DNA of 64,000 bases from Strigamia acuminata. Lineage: Eukaryota. Of the stretch, positions 50,829 through 62,950 are shown piece after piece. The stretch lies in NCBI GenBank assembly GCA_949358305.1, contig OX442314.1, positions 11,098,001-11,162,000 of the forward strand, given 5' to 3'. The translations under genes and the position numbers were made by a program. Within the stretch, counting starts at the first letter, position 1. Each line of letters opens with the position of its first letter. The notes below the pieces were generated by a model, which saw only the letters and a program-made list of their open reading frames with translations, did no database searches and was not told where the DNA came from.

Positions 50829-51145
50829 TGTTACTCGAATGACTATAGATGTGTTTGTTTCAATTTGGCTCTCAAAAATCAACGAAAAATCAACGAAAAA
50901 CAAATGGAAGACGTTTAAGGAATTGAAATACTACAATAAATAAATTAATTAAAATTAATTATTGCTAATTTAAATAGAATTTTACAATTATTATTGTTAT
51001 TATTAATTTTTTATTTAATTTTATCGGACTAACGACCGGATCGAATTCGAATCTCGATATTATTTTTCCGCTTCACGAGCGCACGTCGAGGTAGAATCAT
51101 GAGGTAAATGAGAAAAATAGAAAAAAAAAAAAAAACATCGACTCT

Positions 51146-51572
51146 TCATTCGTATTCTAAGATTTGTTTGTGGTAGAATAATAAGTAGCTGTCGAAAAAC
51201 ATTTAATATTTAATGTATTAATCGATTAATCGGAGGCAAATTTCTTACCCTTCGCTATCCAACACGTCCTGCACGATCGCTTTGGTGATCAAATGATCGT
51301 CGCATTTGAACCACTGACCCCGATGCTGACGAATGTAGGCCGTGTAATGACCAGTTTCAATTGTCCCGATGTGGTTAACAACAGCAAACAGCGAGTATCT
51401 GTCGATTAGGGAAGGATTATGATAAAACTCGGAAAGCTAAGTCCATTTTCGCCTACTTATTATCGTTATTAGAGCATTCGGTGCCGTTTTGGTAGCCATT
51501 GCTGTTTTTATTGCGTTTGCTGGACATGAAAGGAGTCATGTCCAGAAATTGAGGAAAGGAAATAAAGGTGAA
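51146..51572 (-). pseudogene. USP22: USP22/nonstop deubiquitinase, last three exons only
   Basis: FTFISFPQFLDMTPFMSS...[42 protein letters not shown]...VLDSEG|YLLFYHKQILEYE*. No AG acceptor or upstream exon found. Family identity is firm, but pseudogene status is inferred. Confidence 0.7.
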
Positions 51573-52648
51573 ATTTAAACGAAAAAATTACTTAAAATTC
51601 AAATTTTTCTAAATTTTCCTATATTTACTCAAGTTTTCTTTCTTCGCCACTACGACGTTCCAGATGGAGAATTAATGGCCCAGAGACGAACAATTCGAAC
51701 GAGAATCCATACCACTTCATGTTGAGAACCATTGTTTTGCGACCACGCGTGTCTGTGAATCGAGTTGGAGAACTTACTTGTTAGTGCAATTTCTGAACCC
51801 AATGGTAAGTCCATACAAGTCCAATTGCCATTCCAAGCCACGTAAACTAATGTATTCACGCGGATTTACGATTCAAAGAAATACACGTTCTTTTAGTCTT
51901 ATTTTATTTCTTTAACGAATAAAATCCATTGTTTCATTGTTGAATTTTAAACAAAGATATCGTATTCATGTCTCTCACATTGCCTAGGACTATTCTAATG
52001 TCTGCGAAAAATCGGCACACTATTCCCTTTCAAAAATTTATTGTTATTTCAACATTTCAACAAAATTTATCTCTACAAAAAAAACCCATTTTCGTATACC
52101 GGTATAATAAGTTTACACGACGTCAAGATTGCGCGCAACAGGAAACAACAATTTAATCCGATCGTACAGAACCATTAAAAGATACCACCATATCCACTAT
52201 ACTGTATTTCTTCAATTCTAAGATGTCTTTGATTGCAAAACGCACCCCGTTTACAAAGCTGTTTATTTGGGAAGAAAAATGCGTTTTTCATTTTAAGATT
52301 AAGATTTTTAGAGCCTACGTGGGGGAAAAATAAATGGCTCATGTATCGCACAGATCGAAATACAACACACTGAACACGATAATTTCCTAGACGGATGCGC
52401 TCTTCATCACCGTTTGCAAGCAGTTGAGAATCCTGCTGAATGTTGGTTGTCGGGTTTCGACAAAATCCGGATAACGTGTTGGTTGCGTATTGCGTCCAAA
52501 AAGTTGCGCTTTCCACCACCTAAATGAGAAATATCATGTCCAGTGCACGTTCTTGTTATACTGTAGTTTGTTTGGTCACGTTTCTGTGTATATAAACACC
52601 CCATCTCAGTTTGATTTCCATTCATTGCTTACAAGGACAGTTCGTAAC

Positions 52649-53986
52649 ATGCCTTTGAGGAGATCTGCATCGAGTCTGGAGCAACTGTGTTTGCAAATAG
52701 TTTGCAAAAATTTCGACAATTTTCAATCGCAGCTAGTCAATCAACCACCTATATTCATTTCCAATGTGTATCAACGTCTGGGTTCGCAATTTGTCTATTC
52801 GACTAGTCGCCGCGTGGATGCGAGCGTTTTTATTCACCCTGGCACTAAAAGGCTTCATCATTTCGATATGTTTCACCAGCCCGTGAATTCTCTCTTAGAT
52901 GTAATCGGACAAACTTGTAGAAACCTTTTACATTTAGACTTGAGCTGTAATTCTTACGTGAGGATTTCACCCGAATGCATGGTCAAACTGCTGCAGCAGT
53001 TGCCACAACTCGAATACTTCAAATTTCGTAATAGAGACGAATGCACAGATGAAGTTGTAGCTGCTATTGCTAAAAATTGCCCGCAATTACGACACCTAGA
53101 CATTTGGAACTGTCCAAATGTTACTAGTGATGGGCTGTGTACATTAAGCAATTGTAAGAAACTGGAGTATCTGAATTTGGATGGCGGGGAATCGAATGAC
53201 ATGTCAGAGGCCTGTTTTTACATTCTAAACCAACTGCCTCGTTTAAAAACGTTTATCCACAGATGCGATATATTTGAATTGTTAAAACAACAATTCAAAT
53301 CAGAGAAAGTATTGACTACTTATTCCATCGAAGAAGAAGGTAAAATGACCTGGAATACTGAAGATCTCTGCATTCAGGCCACCATTTTTCCATTTTTATC
53401 CAGATTATACTTACATGGAACACCTGATCTGGATTTGAATATTGCCTTGGCCCGCACACAACGATTGACCAGGCTAGGACTCTGTGGTTTTCATTTAGTT
53501 AATCTCAGACTTATTAATCGCTGTTGTCCATTGCTGAAAAGTTTAACAATGCAGTGTTATAGTTTTTCGAGCCATGTAAATGATTCAGCTGAGCAGATTT
53601 TGTTCACAAACCTGAGTGAAATATTTATTCATAGTGAACTTAATGCTTTTCCTGATGAACGTGAATTGACAATGTTAATTGTACAAAGTGAGAATTTAGA
53701 ACATTTAACTATAACACATTGTGATTCGCTTACTGACATGTTCTTTTCAGAATTGAATGCACTTAAAAATCTACGAGATTTAATATTTAGTTGCTGTCAT
53801 TCCATTAACCACAGCATGGTCAAAAAAATTTTAGAAATGCGTAATCCATTGAAAAAGTTAGTGTTGAATAGATGTCGTAACATCAACAAGTTGGATTTCG
53901 TTAAATTTAAATCTTACAGAAAACGCAAAAACCTGGATTTGCAGCTTTTATTCAATTGTGGACTGTTTAGAAGTTATATTAATTGA
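52649..53986 (+). CDS. Intronless cysteine-containing (RNI/AMN1-like, FBXL-type) leucine-rich-repeat protein
   Basis: MPLRRSASSLEQLCLQIV start. Repeats CRNLLHLDLS, CTDEVVAAIAKNCPQLRHLDIWNCPNVTSDGL, LEHLTITHCDSLTD, LKKLVLNRCRNI. Confidence 0.85.
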   Translation: MPLRRSASSLEQLCLQIVCKNFDNFQSQLVNQPPIFISNVYQRLGSQFVYSTSRRVDASVFIHPGTKRLHHFDMFHQPVNSLLDVIGQTCRNLLHLDLSCNSYVRISPECMVKLLQQLPQLEYFKFRNRDECTDEVVAAIAKNCPQLRHLDIWNCPNVTSDGLCTLSNCKKLEYLNLDGGESNDMSEACFYILNQLPRLKTFIHRCDIFELLKQQFKSEKVLTTYSIEEEGKMTWNTEDLCIQATIFPFLSRLYLHGTPDLDLNIALARTQRLTRLGLCGFHLVNLRLINRCCPLLKSLTMQCYSFSSHVNDSAEQILFTNLSEIFIHSELNAFPDERELTMLIVQSENLEHLTITHCDSLTDMFFSELNALKNLRDLIFSCCHSINHSMVKKILEMRNPLKKLVLNRCRNINKLDFVKFKSYRKRKNLDLQLLFNCGLFRSYIN

Positions 53987-55809
53987 AAAGTATTTTTTGT
54001 AGCATTTGGATGTTTGTAATCTGGCGCCATCTAGTTTTATCAATCCGCAACTACATTGCACATTTTCCTCCGATTTAATGGTAAATCGTAGAGTAATTTG
54101 TTAAAAAAATATGTATTACCTTCCTTTGAAACTTTTTTTAAAATAAAAATAAAAAAATTTGATGCTCAAACAAACGTTTATTTTATTTTTTATTACTAAA
54201 ATACATTCAAAATTTTCTATATTACAATAATTTGCTAATCAATTGAAGCTCCATGTCTGCAATAAATAAAAATAGGACTTGAAATATAGGGCTTGTTCAC
54301 GCCAATTTCGAAATACAGATGGCGCCACATGTTAACCCTCTTAATCACTTCTGCCAGGCATAATTACCATCACTTTTACTCTCGAGATAAATTTACAGGC
54401 GCTCTCTATCACCCATCATCTGTTTACGAGCAAACAACTAATAAACAAACAAAAAACTGACGACATAACGTTATCATTCGCCACTTGCATCATCATTTTT
54501 TGCAATTTTGATTTAAAAATCGCCAATTTAAACGCCTATAAATAAAAGTTGCGTGAAAAATGAACTGTTATCGTGGTTCGGGATACCATTTGATTTCCCC
54601 CGGGTGCTCGAGAGTCCTAAACACGATAAAGTTGCATCATTTGGTTCTGGTGTTGCGACTTTGATACACACTTGAGCAACATCAGTTGTGGAAGCCTGAA
54701 TAAATTCAATTTGCATATCAGCAATGTGAAAGGATTCCTTTATTATTAACTTATCATTCCGTGGAAGTCTGGCGATAAGGTTTCATTCAATCCTGTATAA
54801 ATAGCCAATTAAATCGATACTGATATAGTAAATAATAGTATAAAGATTGTGCTATAGTTCACTCATCCTGTGTTTTTATTTTTTTCACGCATGAGCAGTT
54901 ATTTCTGTAGTTTGGAATGATTTTTGTGTGTTATCGTTTCGTTTTATTTGTGAGATTTAATGAGATCGAGCAGCTGCAAGTTTGTATTTTAGTTTTCGCA
55001 AGTGCGAATTAATTATATTTAACAAAAATGTGCTGCAAATGTTTTTGAAGGGTAAGTGTGACAAACCTGACCTGTCACTGTCACGCTTGGGGAAACCGAT
55101 GGAAAAACGATGGAAAAACGAGGAAGTTTTTGTTATTTATTGAGTTTTTATTTCAGCTTTTATTCTTTTGAATGCTGCCCAAATTGACACCCGTTTGATA
55201 TTTTAATTTCTAATTTCTTTTTATTGTTTATTTTCTTAACTAAAAAAATTCATGTATACAAGAAAAAAAAATAAAACAGTAAAAAGCAGTTAATTATTGT
55301 ATCAAAAACATGTTTACAAAATAAATAAATAAATATAGATATATATATATACATTATTTTATGAAATATTTAAGCCAGAAATTTACACTCCAAAAAAAAA
55401 CAAAAACAAAAAATTTTAAAAATCTAGTTTTGCACTTTTAAAGCCAACAAATTAGATTTTTACACTTTTAACGGCTGTAAAAGTCTATTTTACACGATTT
55501 ACACCTTTGTATTTATACAGACTATGACATACTATAGAAAAATTCACCTAAAACATGTCTAAAATGACTAATTCAAAGATAAAAAAGAAAAGAAAAGAAA
55601 AAATTACCTCTGACAGGTTAAGCACGTATCGTATATTGTATTTACACCGGGCAAAATCGCTACGAACAAGATAAGATTATTCGACAAGCATAAATTAGGC
55701 CCTCGACCGATTACTGATTATACCACAGATCGCTTTATCGCTGAAATTCGAGCGAGACACAAAATGGCGCAAAATGACACAAGAGCGTATACTCTGGCCA
55801 TATACAAGT

Positions 55810-56486
55810 TTAGGAAACGATGCAACTGTGTCGTTTGAGAAGTTTCTTGCTGTGGTGGTGGTCAGGATGATGACCAGGCAGCGACTGCCTTCGTCTCCGC
55901 ACGGCCGGACCGAGCGCGTACGGAACCCTCGCCTGAGCGAGCAATTCCTTGAAAACCGACACGATGTTCACGTTATCTTTGGCCGAAGTTTGGACGAATC
56001 CGTTCTCCCAGTCGATGGTCACGATGGTTTCGGCCATCTCCCGACTCACCTGCCACCGCTCGGCCTCCAAGTCGGTCTTGTTGCCGACGACGACGAGCGG
56101 ACTCACGGGTTTCGACGCCAGCACGAGTTCCCTGAGCGCCTTGACCTCCTCGAAGGAGGCCGCGTCGTCCACCGAGTAGACGAGCAGGAAAGCGTCCGCG
56201 TTGCTGATGGCCTAGGCCCTCATGGCCGGGAACTCGTAGTAGGCGCCGGAAGTGTCCAAGATGTCCAGAGTGAGCGGACAGCCGGCCACGTCGTACTCGC
56301 CGCGGTGCAACTCCTCCAAAGTTTGTTTGTAGTGCGGCACGAATCGGTCTGCGAGATGATGGCCGTCTTGCCCACTCTGGTGGCACCCATCGCCACGACT
56401 CGGTAGTGGTCCTTGGGCTTGCTCTTTTCGCCCTCCGCGCAGGGCTGCACGAGCAGTTGGACCGAGGATTGCGAAGCGCTCGGCAT
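55810..56486 (-). pseudogene. Disrupted Ras-family small GTPase (Rhes/RASD/Di-Ras-like)
   Basis: GATRVGKT, LDILDTSG, FPAMR, VVVGNKTD, TSAK and C-terminal CIVS. Frameshift near 56349 and in-frame TAG at 56214-56212. Confidence 0.82.
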
Positions 56487-56984
56487 GGTATCGATGCGCC
56501 ACGTTCAGGTGTATCGCGCACGAGAGCCGCGCACGAGATGTGTGCTCCGTGGCACCGGCGAAATCCTCTTTTAAGTGATACGCGTGTTGGGTGACGTCAC
56601 TATGTTACCGCAGCCCGTATTCACGTTTCCGCGAACCCTCGCGTCAAGTTATCATTGCTTTTAGATGGAAATGTCGCGTGTTTTCGGACCAAAAGTTATA
56701 AAGCGAATTGAAACGATTCATTTGTTTTCATCAAAGAAGCGAATGCAATCCTATGCAGGGGTCGTGATAAATTCCAGTTTTTCTGTTTTTAGACCAAAAA
56801 CAGCTGAAAAAAATTCAAAAATTTCTTTTATTTTTTGATGAGTGGGGGTTTTTAAAAGTGCAGATGACAGACAAGGTCTGGGTGCACATTATGGCCAATT
56901 CCCATGACAATCCTATGCAGGGGTCGTGATAACTCTCAGTTTTTCTGTTTTTTTGTCCAAAACCAGCTAATAAAAATTTTCAGT

Positions 56985-57470
56985 TATACAAATAATTAAT
57001 AAAAGTTTACCTGATATTTTACAAATTTCAATGAAATTTACAAATTCCACTAAAAAAAAAATTAGCTCTGCAATTTCTCGACGAATTTGTAGGATTAGCG
57101 GTGATTTAGAGTTGTTTATGCGTGTTCTGAGACGTACGCACAAAAAGTGCGTGACAGCCGAAGCCGGGCCACCAGACGCGGCATACGCATACGGCGATCA
57201 CCGTCTAACTGCGGCAGCAAAAGCCGTCTGTGCCCTCGAATAAATACAAAATTTTATTTTTGGAAATTTTTTTTATATTTTTTATTTTATTTCATTTTAT
57301 TTTCATTTTATTTCTTATTTTAAACCACGTTTAAATGATAAATAATAGACCTAAACAATCCTATTCCTTCAAAATCTACCATTGTGCCGCCTTTTAGTGT
57401 TACCGCTTATCGATCGACTAAGTCTGGTCTCTCTGCGAATGTGGTGCTGGTGAATGTAGTGCCAACTATA
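56985..57470 (+). repeat. Dispersed repeat, second copy of 44409-44840
   Basis: See the first copy. It ends GTGCCAACTATA 16 nt before the TTC7 ATG. Confidence 0.85.
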
Positions 57471-57486
57471 GGTGGTTGCTGCGAAG

Positions 57487-60400
57487 ATGAGTGGCAAGGC
57501 TTCACGTACTACGACTCGAATAGAGTTAGAAATAGAAAAGCATCGCGAGGAATCGAATTGGAAAAAAATACTCGAGATAGCAGAACAGTTAAAAACTCGA
57601 ATTTCTTCGGGATTAGGTAAGAAATATCATTAAAACAAATTGTCGTTTGTTGAACACAGGCGCCGCAACTCATCTCTGCCGACTTCAGATATTTTAGTCG
57701 TGTTTATTGTCGGAGAAAGCAAACTAGAACAGTATTTAGAAGCGAATCCGCCGAACGAACAAAACATTCCAAAAGCCAAATCCAGTCTTCTCGATGCCAG
57801 GCGCCACTTGATGAACGTTGTCAACGAACCTGCACGCGAGAAAGTACGAAAAAAGTCCATTTTCCTCAATAAATCACCAATTAATGCATAAAAATTGTTT
57901 TTTTTAGACAACGTTGCATCAAACACTAGTCCAGGATTCGTGGTTTTTAATGGGGAAATTGTGCTACGCCACAGGAGCGTACGAAGAAGCTTTGAGCTGC
58001 TACCAAAAAGGCGGATTGGAAGCAGTTTGTGACCGAAATTTAGCAAATCGAGGCTTAAAAATCGTAGCTGAAGCGTACGCGATAAAAGGTATACTGGAAA
58101 GTGCGATTTGGTTTGTAATAAATTGATTTTTTGGCAAATTGTTGCAGGATTGTGTATGGAAAAACTTCCTCCTACTTCAACGAGTAAATACAAACTAGCT
58201 GAGCGGGAAGAACAAATCGTTCGGTGTTTTGAGACCGCTACGGACATGGCTTTGTTGTATTTGCAAGAACACGACAAACAACAGGGTCAAACACTGACGA
58301 CTACGGCTTCGGTCATAGCCACAGTGTCTGGGTCTGCGTCTCCTTTGCCGGGACTCACAGAAACACATTTGGGGCCCGTTTTGGAGACTGCAATTCAACG
58401 GGCACCCATTATGCACATTAAAAAAGGGTATTTGAAAGAGAAAAACTTTTTTTTGATTGCATTAAAACGATTTTTATTGCAATAAATTGATTTTTATTGC
58501 ATTAAATCGATTTTTATTGCATTAAATCGATTTTTATTGCATTAAATCGATTTTTATTGCATTAAATCGATTTTTATTGCATTAAATCGATTTTTACTGT
58601 ATTAAATCGATTTTTATTGCATTAAATCGGTTTTAATTGCATTAAATCGATTTTTATTGCATTAAATCTATTTTTATTGTATTAAATTGATTTTTATTGA
58701 ATTATAGGGATTTAAATCGAGCTGTTTCTCAGTACAGAAATGTATTGACTGCAGTAGAGGCTTCAGGCACTCAAACCCTACGTATGGTATGAAAATAATA
58801 TTATATTTTGGGGATCTATAGCGATTTTATTTTGATGAAAATTTATTTTAGACATTGGCGCGACAATTAGCCGAAGTTTTGTTGCGAGGTGTTAGCGAAC
58901 GTGCGTACAAAAAACCAGAGATTCCACCCGGAGAGGGAACCATGACTGCTGGCACTAAATTAGTCAACCATTTGTTTAATCTTACGGATAGTCCGCTCAA
59001 ACCTCGTCGTTACACGGGACACAAGTAGGTACATAAAGGGTAAAATGGGGGTAAAAAAATTGAAAACGCATGAAATAAAGGGCAAAAACGAGAGAAATAA
59101 AATTGAAAATGGGAAAAAACGGGGAAAAAATGAAATAAAAACGAAAAATGAGGGGAAAAAATTGAAAAACTGACTAAATTGATGATTTTTTAATTTATTT
59201 TTCTAGTTTGTTTGTACCAAAGGATGAAAATGAAGAGATTTTGTTGTTGTTGCTACTTTGCGAAGCTATGGTACGTGCAAAAATGGATTTAAAATGATGA
59301 AAATTTAAAAATTTGATTTTTTTAATATTTGTAGGCAGTTCGCGATGCTGTTCTTAGTCGTTCACAAGATCACAAAGACGCTCGTATCCATTCGTATAAT
59401 AATACAACAGCGATATACGATTTGTTAGTTATTTCTCTTGTAAGACGATCGCAATTTTTGGTGCTGTGCGAGGTATTTGACGGATTTTTTAAAAAATGTT
59501 TTTGCGGATTTTGTTTTGAATTTTTTGTTGTTGTTTTTTTTTTTTTAGAGTTTTGAAAAATCAATGAAGTTTTCGTTTGAAGAATTCCACATTTGGTTCC
59601 AGTTTGCATTGTCATTGATAGCGGCGAATAAGGTTTTGAATTTAGTAGGAAAAATTTGTTGGATTTGTAAGTTTTAAGTTTTTTGTTTACAGCATAGTCG
59701 TGCAATTCTCGTGCTAAAGGAATGTATACGCCTTGAATCGAACAATGCACTGCCGTGTTTGCTAGCGTCAAAAATCTGCTTGGAAAATCTTAATATGGTA
59801 AATAAATAAATAAATAAAAATAAATAAATAAATAAACGCAAAAAAATTTAAAAAAAGTGAATAAAAATGATTTTTAAATGTATTTCAGGTAGACGATGGG
59901 ATTACTTATGCGTTGCTAGCTTTCGAAAGAGAGAAAAGTCAAACACTAGGATTAACTGCTCGATGTTTAGTGTCGGCAGGGTTTGGTTACATGTTGAAAT
60001 CTGAGCAAACGCCGCAAAAGGGTGAAAAACAGGATTTACAAAGAAAAGCGTTTGAATCGTTTCATAAGTATGATAAGTTAAATTTTTTTGTAAAATTATT
60101 TCTACATTAAAATATTTTTTTTTCAGGGCATTGCAAAATGATCCGAACGATTATTTAGCCGAATTTTACCTCGCATATCATTTTGCACAAACCAGACAGG
60201 TACATGCTGTGTAATTTATTTCATCGTTTTAAATCGCAATAACTTTTAATTTTACTTATCCATTTGTTGTTCTAGATACCCGAAGCAATTCAGCACGTGA
60301 AAATTGCACTGAGCCTTCGCGGCGAGCATATTAGTTCACTGCATCTGTTTGCATTGTTGTTATCAGCTCAAAAACAATACGACGAAGCGTTACAAGTAGT

Positions 60401-62258
60401 TGAATCCGTTATTGAAGAGTTTCCCGACAATTTAAAGTAATAAATTATGAAATTCGGTGATTTACTTAAGAAAATACTCGTAAAAATGAAAGAAAACAAT
60501 TTATGGGTTCAAAATTCTTTATAATTTTATGAGTTTATTGAGTTTTTCTTATTTTAAACAAAAAAATTGTAGGAGGTTGGGACTATTTACCATGGCCGTT
60601 ATTGCTTGGCAAGAATTCTGCTCTAAAAATAAAAAGAAAGTAATTTATGTTTGCAGTGAGAATGAAAGAAAGCTGTGTATTGTTGCATTTTGGCTTGAAA
60701 AAAGAAAAGAACGAGTGCTGGTTTTAACTTTAAAGGATGTATTTTTAAATTTCGGTCAATTTTGGCTTTGTTTTGCTATTTTTGTCATTGAGTATTTTGT
60801 CGTTTACTTGCAGTTTGATTTATACCAAAGCGCATTTGGAGGAATATTGTCTCGGAGGAGAAGTCGCTTTGCTCACTGCAAAACGTATGCTCGAGTTGTG
60901 GAAATCGAAACACGAAGATCGAACATCGGGGTATTTTGTTTTTGTTTTTATTTTGTTATTAAAGAATGTAAATAAAATCTGCAACTCGGTATAAGGAATT
61001 TTTTTTTAGATTTTAAATTAAAATTCGTTATATTTTCTCCAAAATTACTTTAAAAAAAATGGTTATTTTGGAAAGTTTTGAATTTGACGAACATAGAGAA
61101 ATATTTCGAAAAGAAAATTCGCATTAAACGAATTTTTTAACACAAGAATCGTTTTAACGAATTTTTACACACAAAATTCGAATAAATCGACATTTTTCAT
61201 ATAAAATAAATTTTTATCCCGTTATAACGAATTCGTTATAGCGGGTTATTAATCTTGAACAGTTTTATTTTTTCTTGTTTTCAAACAAAACGAATTTTTT
61301 CAAAAATTAAGGCATTTTATCACATTTTTATCGTTATAACGAAAATTTCGTTGTATCGGGTTTTTAAAAGCTAGAACAGCTTAATTTTTTCTTTCGTTAT
61401 ATCGAGTTTTCCGTCTCTTTAAACAAATTTCTAAAGAATAACGTGGAATTTTAATCAAGATTTGCTCTTTTCTAAACAGGGAAACAAGTCCAACGGTGGA
61501 AAACCCACCTGATCCGCGTGGGATTTTCCAGCTATACACAACGGAAATGTCGGATAGAGATTCCAGTAATAGTTCAACATTTCGAATTCTAAACCCGAAA
61601 TATAATTTTTTAAAAATTTAAAGTTTTAAAATTTAAAATTTTAATCAGGTTCGCTACATGCGCATTCGTTGGCAGCTTCACGCGTGGAGCAAGCGCTGTC
61701 GGAAGTCGCCTCTTCGTTCGGCAGTTATCATCACCCGCGCCGCGGCCCGCCACAAGTTTGGCTCCTGCAGTTGGAGATTTGGCTCCTTTTAGCCAGACTG
61801 TACCTTAAAATGAACCAACTGTCGGAAGCCAATGCGTGCATCCACGAGGCGTCGACTATTAATCCGCTTTCACATCAAGTGATGTACATGGTCAGCGATT
61901 TATTTTTGGAATTACCAAGAATAAAAGTTTTGAAATTAAATTTTTTTTTTTTGGTTTTTTTTTTTAATTGTATAGAAAGGGTTGGTCGCGGAATACAAAC
62001 GCGAGTTCACCGAAGCCAAAATTTGCTTCCAGAATGCAATTGCGGTTAATCCGATTCATGTGAAGTCGCTGCAACATTTGGTGATTTTTTGTTTTTTTTG
62101 GTTTTTAAAGTTTTTGATTGTAATTTAAATTTTTTTCTTTTCTTTTTCTTTTTTATGTTTGTTTAGGGAATGGTTTGCCATTATTTAGGCGGGAGTCATT
62201 TAGCTGAGAAAACATTAAGGGATGCTGTGAAAATCGACCCGATGGCTCACAAATTGTG
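57487..62258 (+). CDS. TTC7B: Tetratricopeptide repeat protein 7 (PI4KIII-alpha complex scaffold), final exon not found in window
   Basis: RIELEIEKHREESNWKK, GESKLEQYLE, LGPVLETAIQRAP, LARQLAEVLLRG, FVPKDENEEILLLLL, FEKSMKFSFEEFHIWFQFALSL, SLAASRVEQALSEVASS, LAEKTLRDAVKIDPMAHKLW. Confidence 0.93.
58483..58700. repeat. 20-bp tandem repeat (ATTAAATCGATTTTTATTGC)
   Basis: About 11 units in a TTC7 intron. Confidence 0.95.
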
Positions 62259-62396
62259 GTAAGTTCCATGTATATCGTGGGTTTATGTGCGTTGGAGCCG
62301 TAGAGGCCGGAAAATTTGTGATGTATGAGAAGGAAAACTTTTTTATATGGATTTTAGGATTTAAAATAATCATGTTTTTCATGTGATGACTCCTTT

Positions 62397-62950
62397 AAAC
62401 GGATTTTGTGATGAAAAATTTCGTCAAAAACGGATTTTGTGATGAAAAATTTCGTCAAAAACGGATTTTGTGATGAAAAATTTCGTCAAAAACGGATTTT
62501 GTGATGAAAAATTTCGTCAAAAACGGATTTTGTGATGAAAAATTTAGTCAAAAACGGATTTTGTGATGAAAAATTTCGTCAAAAACGGATTTTGTGATGA
62601 AAAATTTCGTCAAAAACGGATTTTGTGATGAAAAATTTCGTCAAAAACGGATTTTGTGATGAAAAATTTCGTCAAAAACGGATTTTGTGATGAAAAATTT
62701 CGTCAAAAACGGATTTTGTGATGAAAAATTTCGTCAAAAACTATTTTTGTGATGAAAAATTTCGTGAAAAACGAATTTTGTGATGAAAAATTTCGTGAAA
62801 AACGAATTTTTTGACTAAGCATTTCGGCAAAAGCGGAGTTTGTGACGAAAAATGTCTGCAAGAACGAATTTTATGTCGAAAAATGTCTGCAAGAACGAAT
62901 TTTATGTCGAAAAATGTCTGCAAAACGAATTTTATGTCGAAAAATTTTGT
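62397..62950. repeat. 31-bp tandem repeat (GGATTTTGTGATGAAAAATTTCGTCAAAAAC)
   Basis: About 11 near-identical units followed by diverged variants. No spacers. Confidence 0.95.

Noticed and set aside
56212..56214. In-frame TAG as programmed readthrough
   Set aside because: A separate frameshift lies upstream, so simple pseudogenisation or sequence error is more economical.
55774..56521. 210-aa plus-strand and 182-aa minus-strand ORFs
   Set aside because: Alternative frames of the GC-rich Ras-like sequence.
62397..62950. 31-bp repeats of CRISPR-like length
   Set aside because: Head-to-tail with no unique spacers, inside a eukaryotic intron, and no cas genes. It is a minisatellite.
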